A DNA stretch of 63,153 bases, counting the filler, from Stramenopiles sp. TOSAG23-6 (Eukaryota): assembly GCA_900128565.1 (NCBI GenBank). It is 48 parts of 48 records of this genome, joined end to end, with 100 filler letters (N's around TTAATTAATTAA, not from the genome) between each part and the next. Parts side by side here need not be neighbours in the genome. Positions count along the whole stretch, not along the records: positions 11,975 to 13,201 come from LT639444.1; positions 13,302 to 14,528 come from LT639445.1; positions 14,629 to 15,854 come from LT639446.1; positions 15,955 to 17,180 come from LT639447.1; positions 17,281 to 18,506 come from LT639448.1; positions 18,607 to 19,831 come from LT639449.1; positions 19,932 to 21,154 come from LT639450.1; positions 21,255 to 22,477 come from LT639451.1; 40 more parts are not named here. One strand, given 5' to 3'. The notes below the pieces were generated by a model. It did not search any database, had not been told where the DNA came from, and was given only the letters and a program-made list of their open reading frames with translations. The position numbers were made by a program, and so were the translations under genes. Positions 12,027 to 23,900 of this stretch are shown piece after piece. Position 1 is the stretch's first letter; each line of letters opens with the position of its first letter.

Positions 12027-12690
12027 GGACGTTGACTCGAGAAATGTTAACAATCAAAAAAATTACAAAAAACGTCAGTGAAGTGAAATTCACTCCTGCT
12101 GTTATCGAACCATCATTTGGAGTCGGGCGAATTATTCAAGCTATCTTCGAACACAGTTACTATCAACGCGAGGAAGACAAGTCACGAGGTGTCATGAAAT
12201 TTCTCCCTGTTGTTGCCCCTGTCAAATGTGCATTATTTCCTTTATCCGGAGGTGACTCAGGTCCTTTTTCTGAAAGAGTTCAGCAAGTCCGTTCTGAGTT
12301 ATCAATGATGAATGTATCATGCCGAGTTGACGTACGTTTTCGTTTTTTTTTTCGTGTTTTTTTTTCGTAGTAAATTTTGTACCTAACAAAAAGATTTTAC
12401 TAAAAAAATATTTTTTCATAGTACATGCTTCCGCTGCATCAATTGGTAAACGATACGCTCGAAGCGATGAAATTGGTATTCCATTTGGTGTCACTGTCGA
12501 TTTCGAAACAATCAAAGAAGAATCAGAATTGTTTAATACTGTCACTTTAAGAGAAAGAGATTCAACTCATCAAATGCGTATATCAATTGACGAACTCCCA
12601 GAAATAATTGCAAGATTGTCTTCAGGACGTTTGGTTTGGTCTGAGGCATATGCTAAATATCCTAAAGTTGCCGTAAGCGAAGGTAAATAA
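12027..12690 (+). CDS. GARS1: Glycyl-tRNA synthetase (eukaryotic type), last two exons (12027-12331, 12427-12690)
   Basis: VIEPSFGVGRI; anticodon domain RVD|ASAASIGKRYARSDEIGIPFGVTVDF; VTLRERDS. Confidence 0.95.
12332..12426 (+). other. GT...AT intron, 95 nt
   Basis: GAC|GTACGTTTT...CATAGTACAT|GCT; removal restores the VDxSxxSIGxRYAR motif with no added residues. Confidence 0.88.
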
Positions 12691-12759
12691 TGAAATATCC
12701 TAAAGTTGCCGTAAGCAAAGGTAAATAATGAAATATCCTAAAGTTGCCGTAAGCAAAGG
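12655..12759 (+). repeat. 38-bp tandem repeat, about 2.8 copies, overlapping the GlyRS stop
   Basis: AAATATCCTAAAGTTGCCGTAAGCRAAGGTAAATAATG at 12655, 12693 and 12731. Confidence 0.9.
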
Positions 12760-12990
12760 ATCAAGTAAAAAGTAAAGTAAGAACAGTTTCTCACATAAAA
12801 TACAAATAAAATTTAATAAGTATTCATATGAAATTTTGTCTTTCTTCAAATTTTATTTCAATTTCAATTTTTATTTTTGTAAAACAAAATGAAAATATAA
12901 TGAAATTATTATTCTTAAACAAACCCAAGAGATTCTTACACTGGGTAGCTAATTTGTACTAATTTCTGTACCTAAACATCATTTAAAACT

Positions 12991-13201
12991 TCATGCTAAC
13001 TTTGACATGAGCTCTGAACAAAATTTATCAAAACCGGTTCCACTCACATCACGCACAACCGAAACATTCCTAGCTTTGCGTTCCGGTGCTATATTGTACC
13101 AATCCCATAGTAGACCACCACGACTTTGACCATCACCAAGTTGACATCTTCCGTACACAAGATCTATCTTGTTTGCAATCTCAGGCTTTAATGCCACGGC
13201 A
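12991..13201 (-). CDS. Inosine/uridine-preferring nucleoside hydrolase, C-terminus
   Basis: AVALKP...SRGGLLWDW...NVSVVRDV pattern. Confidence 0.6.
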
Positions 13202-13301
13202 NNNNNNNNNNNNNNNNNNNNNNNNNNNNNNNNNNNNNNNNNNNNTTAATTAATTAANNNNNNNNNNNNNNNNNNNNNNNNNNNNNNNNNNNNNNNNNNN
13301 N

Positions 13302-14528
13302 CGTACATCTAATTTAATTGGTGATCCAAGAAATTTAACTTCGAGAATGAACACAATGAGTCCAACTATAGCTCCTATGAGTACACAATCAAGCCCAAAA
13401 ATACATCCACATTTAGCAGAACAGGCTGGTTTAGACGCAAAATCAGTTGCCCGTCAACATTTTTTTCTCTTTGGCGCTGGTATGAACAATCACGAGGTAC
13501 CGGGGTCCACGCAAAACTCAGAAATGCCGTCAGAGGAAAATAATCAAACATCAAGTATGTCAATGGTAATGTATGATCAGACAAAAGCAAATGAGTACGA
13601 ACGTCAAAATAACGTTGAAGGTATAAGAAATATTGATCCACAGAATGTTTCTATATTTGCCACGTCATATTCACCAGCCCCAAAGCCATTTCAAAATAGA
13701 CAAAATACTTCCGACGTAGGAACTGTCGATAGTACAAAAATATCTCTACCTTCACCAATGCTCTTCCCGTGTCGTGGTGGTCGTTGGCCTCTTCATCGTG
13801 TTTTTGAACAAGAACAAGTGGATCATGAATTGAATAATGTTCGTCGACCATTTTATATGGGCAGATCATCAAGAGTAAGTTTTGCTGCAGATGGTAGAAT
13901 AGCATATTCTGGATACTTAAATGGTATAAAGAATGAAGCATTTCATGGTACTCCTTGTACAGAACTCGATAGTTCGCCAGCAGTTGTGACACTGCAGCGC
14001 CTCTTTGTTGTCCGAGAGGTCGGGAAGACTACTGTAGGTGTCCAGGGTACTCCTCTTGAGATATCCGGTGCTCTATTACGTTTATCCTTAGAACTTTCAA
14101 ATCAGCTACTGGGTATGATGACGATTTGGTGGATGCTCCATTAGCTAGACCTCAGACTGGACGTGCAGCTGTTTCTCTTGTACATCGTTATATTGAGTCT
14201 ATCTCTCAGTTTGAATCAAGTTCTAAAAATAATATAGTATTAGACAATAGTGATGGAAATCATGTTGACCATGATTCAAAAATAAGTAGTAGTCAGGTTG
14301 ATCATACTCGTAGAGTTTTTGAACTTGTAAATTCTCTTTGGGGTTGGGAAGTAGACCCTCTAGTAAATCGTGATGCAAGTAACGATGTTTTACCTGTAGC
14401 AAATTCATCACGTGAAAATGTAGATGCGTTATGGGTACCAACTCCACACGCTCGATTTGGTGAAGAGACGGATACTCCTTACATGGAAGATTTTGATGAT
14501 GTCTATGCCCAGAGACAAATGCGACGAG
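13302..14528 (+). CDS. NUP98: Nup96 part of Nup98-96, internal fragment with a 1-nt frameshift near 14100
   Basis: MGRSSRVSFAADG (compare MGRSFRVGWGP) and VFELVNSLWG; two overlapping ORFs. Confidence 0.7.
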
Positions 14529-14628
14529 NNNNNNNNNNNNNNNNNNNNNNNNNNNNNNNNNNNNNNNNNNNNTTAATTAATTAANNNNNNNNNNNNNNNN
14601 NNNNNNNNNNNNNNNNNNNNNNNNNNNN

Positions 14629-15270
14629 TGGCGGACTTTCTATACTATTTTCTGGAGAATTCTCATTCGTTTTATTTGGGACTAATATTTGCTTTTGTGA
14701 GTGGCGTAGAAAAATTCCTTTACTCTGGTGATGCATTTCTGCCTGTCCATCAAATAAACCAAAATCTAGGAATCCATCTTCAACCCATTTCTTAAATTTT
14801 GGATGGTTTTGAAGCCAGTCTATATTTGATTGTACAAAATCTGTGGCAACGTATAAAAATGGTTTATCGCAGGGCCATAGCGAGCGTAGCTCAAATAAAG
14901 CACTTAACACGAGAAACGTGAATTTACCTGGACCTGCGCCTACTTCAATAATGATAATAGGTTTGAAAATTTTCGGGTTATTTACGTGCATATTATCATG
15001 GTCAGCTTTATTGATTGATCTTTTATTTTTCTCCATTGAAATTGATGATTCGCTGGAAAATAGAGAAACTTGCGGTCTTGGAAAATGATCCTTCATTGAA
15101 CTGATTAGAAGAAGTGCATACTTACGAGCAATGAAACTATTGGAAGTCATAAAACTTGGAACAACACCATCTGACCAAGCTTGAACACCAGCATTTTTGT
15201 AATATTCTAATTGTAATTCCCATAAAGCAGAATCACGGAGACGCTTTCGCAAGTCAAGAATATATGCCAT
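14629..15270 (-). CDS. SAM-dependent methyltransferase-fold protein, N-terminal part
   Basis: IIEVGAGPGKF motif I, YVATDF motif II, SALWELQ..YY...G..AW...VPSF.TSN leader. Confidence 0.7.
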
Positions 15271-15551
15271 CTTTTACGAAAAAAAGATGGCCTGAGAGAG
15301 AGAGAGAGAGACCGCTTTTATTTTTCTAAAAAAAAAAAAAAAGTCAAAAAATGTCGCTCCTATCCAGCAAAATGCCCTATTTAACTAACGGCTAACCCCG
15401 AACCCTAGCTCGTATACGACGTAGCTATTTTTGACTGACACACGACACCACTGTATCGACTATCGAGAGTATAGCAGATTATTGATAATTGATTTGAGAT
15501 TAATTTCTATCGTGTATTAAGTGAAGATTACCCACATATTACTTTGAAGTA

Positions 15552-15854
15552 ATGTGGGGCTCGATTATGTCTAAGAAAGGAGTGGACATTAAAAAGTTCA
15601 AACCATTGAGACCAACGTCTAATCCTTCAGTTGTAGATAATTCAGAAGTTGATGAACTTTCTGCGACATCTTTTGAATCCAACTCCAGTTTTCCGAAAAT
15701 AAAAACGGATGTTAGTAATACTTCGGAGGATATTCAAAGCTTGAGGCATGACGACAATATACAAGACACAAAAGTTTTTAATCGCAGCATTGACGCTGAT
15801 GGTGCCGGTTGGGATGATGAAAATTGGGATACTGAGCGTGAAGTTGTTGATGAG
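15552..15854 (+). CDS. Hypothetical protein, N-terminal fragment
   Basis: Open frame from ATG to the contig end. Confidence 0.45.
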
Positions 15855-16015
15855 NNNNNNNNNNNNNNNNNNNNNNNNNNNNNNNNNNNNNNNNNNNNTT
15901 AATTAATTAANNNNNNNNNNNNNNNNNNNNNNNNNNNNNNNNNNNNNNNNNNNNTAAAGGTCTAACTTTGGCTACTACTTGTAGAAACAATTATTACTAT
16001 TATTTTTTTGGAGAA

Positions 16016-17137
16016 ATGGCTCACTTACTCCCTGGTGTGTCTTGTCAGGTGACTGATGATGTTCACAGTCTTGAAGATATTTATCAGCGGTTCGATAATT
16101 TTGTTCCAAAAGAAACTATACCTGTTCTAGAGTCTTGTATTCTTCGTTTAATTGAGCTGAATCCTCAGAGAGAACGTGAATTTACAAAAGCCATGTTAAA
16201 AGTCCGTCGAGAGTTTAAACCACTCAATCCTAAAAAGTCACATTTACTCTACGTATATAGATTGATGGAAACGGAAGGCCGTTTACCAGAATCTGTGTTT
16301 ACAAATGATGGAGCTGGCTCAATATTGAGTGAGTTGCTTGTAAAGAAAAAAGGTAAAAGTGGTTCAGGCGTTTTGGTCATTACTGTGTTAACAAGTCCTT
16401 ATCCTTCAACAAGAGGTGGAAAGAAACAGAAATTTAGTTGTCAATGGAATTGTCATTACTGTCCAGCTGAACCAGGACAACCACGCAGTTATTTACATGA
16501 TGAACCTGCGGTATTACGCGCTAATCGTGATCAGTTTTGTCCCATCTTACAGTTTCATGACCGAGCAGCAACTTTAGCTATCAACGGCCACCCTGTCGAT
16601 AAAGTCGAATTATTAGTGTTAGGAGGTACCTGGGCATCCTATCCACATTCATATCAAGAAGAATTTTGTCGTGATTTATTTTATGCCGCAAACACGTTTT
16701 GGGATAGACAACATACACACCGTGATGCATTATCTTTAGAACAAGAACAACGCATCAACGAATCTGCACGCACAAAAATCATTGGTTTAACACTCGAGAC
16801 TCGACCTGATTGTATTAACGCCGATGAATTATTACGTTTTCGTCGGTATGGTTGTACTCGAATCCAAATTGGTGTACAACATACGCATGATGACGTGTCA
16901 AAATTAGTCAATCGAGGTCATGGTGTCAGAGAATCAATTGATGGTTTACGTTTATTACTGAATTCATGTTTTAAAGTAGATATGCATCTTATGCCAGATT
17001 TACCTGGTAGTAATGCTCAGAAAGATAAGGAAATGTTGGGAAGAGTTCTTTATTCAGAAGATTTAAGAGCTGATCAGTTAAAGTTATATCCACACAGTGT
17101 TGTTCCTTGGACATTGACTAAACAATGGCTAGATAAT
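16016..17137 (+). CDS. ELP3: Elongator subunit 3-like radical-SAM/acetyltransferase, first exon
   Basis: SGVLVITVLTSPYP, CQWNCHYCP, PRSY, LGGTW, LTLETRPD, HLMPDLP; ends at a family donor (17138). Confidence 0.93.
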
Positions 17138-17280
17138 GTATGTTTTTATTTTTTTTGAATTTTTTTTTTTTTTTTTTTTTNNNNNNNNNNNNNNNNNNNN
17201 NNNNNNNNNNNNNNNNNNNNNNNNTTAATTAATTAANNNNNNNNNNNNNNNNNNNNNNNNNNNNNNNNNNNNNNNNNNNN

Positions 17281-18506
17281 AGATGAAATGTTGTCATCAT
17301 CAGTTAGGCAGCAAGATGAAATGTTGTCATCATCAATTAGGCAGCAAGATGAAATGCTGTCATCATCGGTTGATGAAATAAAAGATTTCTCAATTAATGA
17401 GGCGAATATTCCAACATCAAACCCTGCTCGGGAATATAACGTTGGTGATTACGTTTGGTTTGTACCATTATTGATGCTTTCAGAAAATGAAAGTGTTTCC
17501 ATTTCAAATCGAAAAATTGCTCTTGTTGAGAAATTAATATATGCAAGTTTTGGTTATTTTTACAAAGTATCTATTGTGTTGAAAAATTCACTATCTGAAG
17601 GGTCTTCAAACTACGGTACAAAAGGAATGTTTAAAAAAGCAATTCCAGAACAATTGACTCGTGCTTCACCAGATGAAGTATTTCATTGGATAAAGGGAGG
17701 TAAGTCAATGATGAAAAAACCCGAAAAAGATTCTTTAATTGATTCAAAAGTCACCACAGGTGACTGCATTGAATTGTTGCGAGACAAATTAAATAGAAGA
17801 AATATTAAAGAGCAGATTTTCTCCGTCATGGATGTAGATAAAACGGGTTTTATAGATTTTGCTCAATTTTGTAATGGTCTTTCTGTATCTGGGATTAAAA
17901 TTAGTTCCAAAGATTCATCAAAAATTTTCAAGTCTATTGGAAACAGTTTAACTAACTCTATCAGTATTAAACAACTAGAAGAATTGCTTTATCCTAGTAG
18001 CACAAACCAAACATTCCAAACCCCAACAAACATTCATCCGTTAAGTCCTCGGCGGGGAGATAATACTGGAAGCTCTTCTATTGAAGAGCTTGTTGATTTT
18101 GCAGCAGAATCAACAAAGTACGTCCAGATTCCAAATCTACAAAATAGAACTTCAGCACAACATGTTGAAGGAGTTATTATGAAGCACAATCAAAATGATC
18201 AAATGGTAGAAATATCTGCAATAAGAGAAAGTCTCCAAACTTCGGAGTTAAGTAAAAGTAATCAAGATTTGGATATGGAGATCGAAATGGACCGGTTACT
18301 CTTGGGAAATCTCCAGTCACCGAGACGTCGTAATTCAAAACGTCCAAGAGGGCGACATAGCTCCCCGAGAGGGAGTCATAAATCACTCAGTCGTAGTCCA
18401 GGCCAATCATCACGAAGGACCAGTCCACGTCGTCGTAACTCAAAAAGTCCCAGAGGGAGTCATAAATCACTCAGTCGTAGTCCAGGCCAATCATCACGAA
18501 GGNCCA
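17281..18506 (+). CDS. EF-hand protein with Ser/Arg-rich repeats, internal fragment
   Basis: MDVDKTGFIDFAQF loop; repeated SPRGSHKSLSRSPGQSSRR. Confidence 0.65.
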
Positions 18507-18882
18507 NNNNNNNNNNNNNNNNNNNNNNNNNNNNNNNNNNNNNNNNNNNNTTAATTAATTAANNNNNNNNNNNNNNNNNNNNNNNNNNNNNNNNNNNNNN
18601 NNNNNNTTATAATAAATTATTTAAACATGTATACGTTATCGCAAGATGTCATGTTTGGGGAATGTGCTTATAGATAAAGATCATGATGCGTTTTTCGAAG
18701 AGATGAATACATTTCTCAATGATGATTTTGCGCATCAGTTGAATCATTCAGAATAAGTCATTTATTAGTACTAGTATAAAAAATGTTTTCTATTTATTTT
18801 TATATCTTTTCGTGTACAAACCCGCTATTTAGGCTACACTAGTATTATTATACAAAAACTATAGTACTGGTTCTAGTCGTGG

Positions 18883-19831
18883 TTATTGTGTTGTATAAAA
18901 ACATTTGTCTTGTGGTACCTGTGGTAACCATAACCCTAATGCAAAAGTATGAAATCGTTTTTTGGTATAACCAGCACTACGTTTGCGTTTCTTAGAAGTT
19001 CTTTGATTTGATGATGTCAAGTATTCTTTAAAATCATCTAGATAAAACACACTAACATCACCAGATTGCCATTTTCTAAATGTTTCATATCTTTGATTCA
19101 AACTTCTCTTCCAAGAATAAATTTCTACTTTCCATTTTGCTAATATTGCACTTTGTACGACTTCAGGAAATGTCACTTTTCCATTATTATCATTACCATC
19201 ACCAGTAACAAGAACTAAAGTCTGTTTTGTTTGACCATGATTTCGTTGAATTCTTGCTTGTATAGCATTCTGTAGAGCTGCATCGACTCCTTGCTCACCA
19301 CCAATAATAGCTACATTTTTTCGTGTTATTGTTTTAATTTTATTTGTGTTTTCAAAGCGAATATCATATAGTGCATTTGGTCCAGGGAATTTTGTCGTCG
19401 TATCATGCACATGACATACAGAACCACATTTTCTAAATTGTCCATAACCACCTTCTGATGAAGAGACTGATTTCAAATAACGCACTCGATCTCCTATGTT
19501 TAATTTTTGACCATTATCACATATAGTGTGAAAAATATTTTTTTTTTTTGTAAAAAAAAATCGTTAGGTACAAAATTTACTACGAAAAAATATTTCGGTA
19601 AAAAAAATGATGAAAAACGTACTAATTCGGCGTTCTAATTCTACTGCATAACCAGCTCTTTTCCAAAATGACCAATATGGTGTGTTAAGAGCACGCGCCG
19701 GTTCGATTTCACTTGATCCACACACTACACGAGCTCCTTTAATACGATCTAATTTTCTATTTTTTTCAACAATGTCAATAAGACAATTAAAATCCATATT
19801 TTTGCTTGTTCCACATTGAATATTACTAATA
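18883..19831 (-). CDS. NYN (PIN-like) domain protein, 2 exons (intron 19521-19622)
   Basis: EQGVDAAL, LVLVTGDGN and WKVEIYSW match NYN/LabA motifs. Confidence 0.75.
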
Positions 19832-20157
19832 NNNNNNNNNNNNNNNNNNNNNNNNNNNNNNNNNNNNNNNNNNNNTTAATTAATTAANNNNNNNNNNNNN
19901 NNNNNNNNNNNNNNNNNNNNNNNNNNNNNNNATAGCTGTGACGAAATGCAAAAGCGAAATTTCTTCAATATGGCTTTGGTGTGCTTAACTTCATCAGATG
20001 AAAAACTATCATCCGTTCTTGTTCAGACTATAAAAGATGGAGGAATTGAAAAAATCGCAGACAATCTCAAAACGTGAGTTGTCTTTTAAAAAATAAATAT
20101 AAATATAACGATAAAAAAAGCGCATATTTATTTCTAACTTTCAGAAAAAAGTAAGCA

Positions 20158-21154
20158 CTACGAAACATCGTAAAAGTTGTTGTAGTTCAAACGTTGCATG
20201 ACATCTAGTAAATGAGGTGATGAGCCACCTGCTGTTCGTCTGCCAAGCAAAAGTAAGAAAAAACGCACACTTCTTCGAAAGGTAACCGCAAATTGACGAA
20301 TTTCTTTGGTCATTGTAACCGAAGCTGGTGAACCACTCTCTATTTTATTATATTCATATATCTGTTGCTTCAAAAGGAGACCATGGTCAAGGATAGCGTA
20401 AATAGTCTGCAAGATACTTCTTGTGTCCGGGTGTAGAAAGCAACGTTGGTGCATCAACAATATATAATCTTTATGATATATTGTAATGGCATCGACAGAA
20501 ACTGCACAACTCACTTTGTTACAAAAATTGACCCAAGGACCGTAAAATATTTGGTTTGTAATATAGTCTTCCAAAGTTCGAATTACATGTAACATTTCTA
20601 TCAAAAATATTTGTAAAAATTGTGAATCCATTTTAGCAAAGATGGGCATATTTGCTTCTTTACTCTTTTCATTTTTACCCGATCGTAAATCATATTTTCT
20701 CTTTTCTTCATTCCGAATATCCTTCAGTATCATTAAATGAACTTCTTCAAGCGAAAATCTAGTGCGTTTAAAAGACAATAAAAGATTAAAAATTTCTCCA
20801 TATTTTTCAATATCTTCCCGTTGAAAGACACGTGTCAATGGCCATGAAACATCAAATGTTAGTTTTAGTCCTGCCAAAGCTTGGGAAGGACTTAAACCAT
20901 TTTTTTTTAACGAATTCGAATCAACCATTTTTTGAGGAGAGATAAAGTAAACACCAAATTTATGTAAAGGAAGATGGTGGTTTTCGCCAGTTATTGTTAA
21001 CGATGTTAAAAGTTTTTCATACAAACTCGCATTTTGTCGCCATTCAAAACCATTATTTACTCTATAAAATAAATCTTTAATAAATGGCATAACAAATTGA
21101 GGTTCAGCCATGCACATAACAGATCGTAACGCTGCAAAATGTGATCCTAATCGA
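20158..21154 (-). CDS. TUBGCP5: Gamma-tubulin complex component, GCP5-like, C-terminal domain
   Basis: LTFDVSWPL..VF...KY..IF.LLL.FKR..FSL (Spc97/98 family); the RL..HF.ALR..M.M...WRQN segment is closest to GCP5. Confidence 0.75.
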
Positions 21155-21254
21155 NNNNNNNNNNNNNNNNNNNNNNNNNNNNNNNNNNNNNNNNNNNNTT
21201 AATTAATTAANNNNNNNNNNNNNNNNNNNNNNNNNNNNNNNNNNNNNNNNNNNN

Positions 21255-22477
21255 TCAGGAGGAATAGACAATAATCTTACTGAACGTTCAAGTCAAGATA
21301 TTCAAATATCTGGTGCTTGGAACGGATTCACTACGGCATATTATAATTCAAGAACTGATTTAAGCGGTGTTGCTAGTTTTTCATTATCTGATTATACTGC
21401 TGGATCAACATCGCACTATCGCAAGCTTCATATTTTACCTCGCACGGTCTCGGCATATCCGGATTCCTCATCTGCTTTTGTGGACTCGACACTGCATTCA
21501 TTTACTGCGTCTCATGGTGAAAATAATATTTCTAGTACGGGTTCTGAAATTGTAGGTATCGTATCAAGTTCAGGTGGTAATAGCATCCACGTGGAAGATG
21601 CTACAACTGCATCAATTACAGTGAAGGTATCGGGTGTTCTAAATACTACCTTTGGAGAAAGTACTCTGTTCCCGGATTGTGGCGCACAAGGTATTCTGAT
21701 GTGTGCATATGATGCTGATAGTGGTGCAGTCTTAAGATGTGAGGAAACTGATATTAATGGACAAGTTGTCCTCGCAGTTCCAAAAGGCAATGATGTGAAA
21801 ATACGCAATGGTTGCCCAGTCGAAAGTGCTGATTATGAACAGCAATGTGAAGATGGGGTTGATGACAATCATAAAGGTCGTAATATTGTTAATCCAGACG
21901 ATGCAGCTATATTACTGTTGCTGCTAATACCCTTGAGAATGAAGCAAGCGCGTCATTTGTTGAAATATCAACACGGACGTTAAAAACTGTACTCGCTGCT
22001 GGGCGGTATAATTCAGATGGTGCTGACGATGAAACGGTCGATGAGTTTGCAGAGAGTTTTACACTCAGTTCAACATTGAGATCTGCAACTTCATTCAAGT
22101 TCACGCATTCAGATAAAACAAACACACGCACGGGAAATTCATGTGATGCTGAAGTTCAACTTAACTTTTTCGTTGCTGACACGGAGACCCGTGAATTTGA
22201 ATTAAACATTCCTCCACAAATTGAGTTTGATCTTAATGCAGTATTATCCACTTCAGATGATCATACAACACAACAAGCCTCTGCGGTTGAATATTTCAAT
22301 GGATTGCCTGCTATTAGTATTGAGTATGATAACGATACACCAGTAGAAGCATTCATGTTGAGAAAGGTGGCAGAGGTCACTGTTGTTGTTCAAGAAACGA
22401 GTAAATCAGAGACTCGAATTAATGTTGAAAGTTGCGACCAATCTGATGGTACCAAACTCTATGGCGTTGATCAGATT
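21255..22477 (+). CDS. Large extracellular beta-rich protein, internal fragment with a frameshift near 21908
   Basis: Open across the whole contig apart from one frame change; S/T/D/V-rich composition. Confidence 0.55.
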
Positions 22478-22687
22478 NNNNNNNNNNNNNNNNNNNNNNN
22501 NNNNNNNNNNNNNNNNNNNNNTTAATTAATTAANNNNNNNNNNNNNNNNNNNNNNNNNNNNNNNNNNNNNNNNNNNNAAAAATATTTTTTTTTTCGGTAA
22601 AAAAAATGTCGTTAGAAATGAAATGTTTTTTTTTTTCTTACGAAAAAAAATACATAAATTTGAAAGTGTATGATAAGAAAAACGTAC

Positions 22688-23322
22688 AAGATGGCCCACC
22701 ACCGACTGACTGACCAAACAAAACAATATTTTTAGTAGGAACACCTCTATCATTGAGTGTTGAGATTACAGCACCTAAATCAGCAATTGCATTTTTTACA
22801 GTAGGGGTTCCTGTGCTAGCTCCATATCCACTATAATCATATGTGAAAGTGTTGCACTTGCAGAATGCCCCAATCAATGCGTGAAAGTGCAACATTGGTG
22901 CTGCGTCGGTGGCGTTTCCGTGGGAGAAAATAATTGTGTATCTAGCCCCTTCGTGTGGTAGCCAAAATCCGACAATATCCTCACCAAGGCTTGTTCTAAT
23001 TTGAACAATTTCTGCACTCTTAGCAGTAGCAGAAAGTTCTTTATCTTCAATAAGAAGAGGATCAGTGAACTCAATATGAACGTCTTTACTGAANNNNNNN
23101 NNNNNNNNNNNNNNNNNNNNNNNNNNNNNNNNNTGATCTTTCAACTCTATTATTTGTACCAGAAATATCACTATCATCGTTTTTATCACATAATCTATAG
23201 CTTGGTGGTTGGGGTGGAGCAAAAGTAAATTTAGCTGTAAGTTTACTCACAGCACAGCCGTGCTTACAAATAAGACACGACAACACTGAAGACTGAGCGC
23301 AATGTAAACAACAGTTACCCAT
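22688..23322 (-). CDS. ABHD17: ABHD17-like alpha/beta hydrolase (depalmitoylase), first exon
   Basis: Cys-rich N-terminus, KFTFAPPQPPSY, FSHGNATD, YDYSGYGASTG, GQSVG. Confidence 0.88.
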
Positions 23323-23900
23323 ATTAAATAATACTTCTGTGCAGCACGCGAAATTAAAAAATTAATCGCGAATAATATTTATTTTGTATTTTACATCTCT
23401 TTTTGCTCTCTTTTTCAAGATGAAAAACAAAAANNNNNNNNNNNNNNNNNNNNNNNNNNNNNNNNNNNNNNNNNNNNNNNNNNNNNNNNNNNNNNNNNNN
23501 NNNNNNNNNNNNNNNNNNNNNNNNNNNNNNNNNNNNNNNNNNNNNNNNATCTTTTTTTTTCTTCATTGTCATACTTTGAGATCACGCATTTACTTTGTTT
23601 TTTTCATTAAAAATGTATTTGTAATTGTTGGAAAAAAATGAAATCGCAGCAACTTGAAGCTGAATTAGAAGGGATTCAAAAAATAGTCTCAGATTTAAAC
23701 GAACAGGGAAACAATGATTCATTAGATGAAAGTTTAAATGCTTGCCTTGAGCAAATTATCTCCGGAAATATTGAACGAGTGTTAGAAGACACAGGAACAG
23801 NNNNNNNNNNNNNNNNNNNNNNNNNNNNNNNNNNNNNNNNNNNNTTAATTAATTAANNNNNNNNNNNNNNNNNNNNNNNNNNNNNNNNNNNNNNNNNNNN

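Noticed and set aside
12332-12426. DNA-excised elements like ciliate IESs
   Set aside because: Complete copies are always sense to the gene, carry spliceosomal donor and branch motifs, and grade into canonical GT-AG copies. Not formally excluded without reads.
14095-14130. Frameshifts in Nup96 (also near 21908, 29400, 32070 and 32370) as programmed frameshifting
   Set aside because: No shared slippery motif; a fragmented assembly with many Ns makes indel errors more likely.
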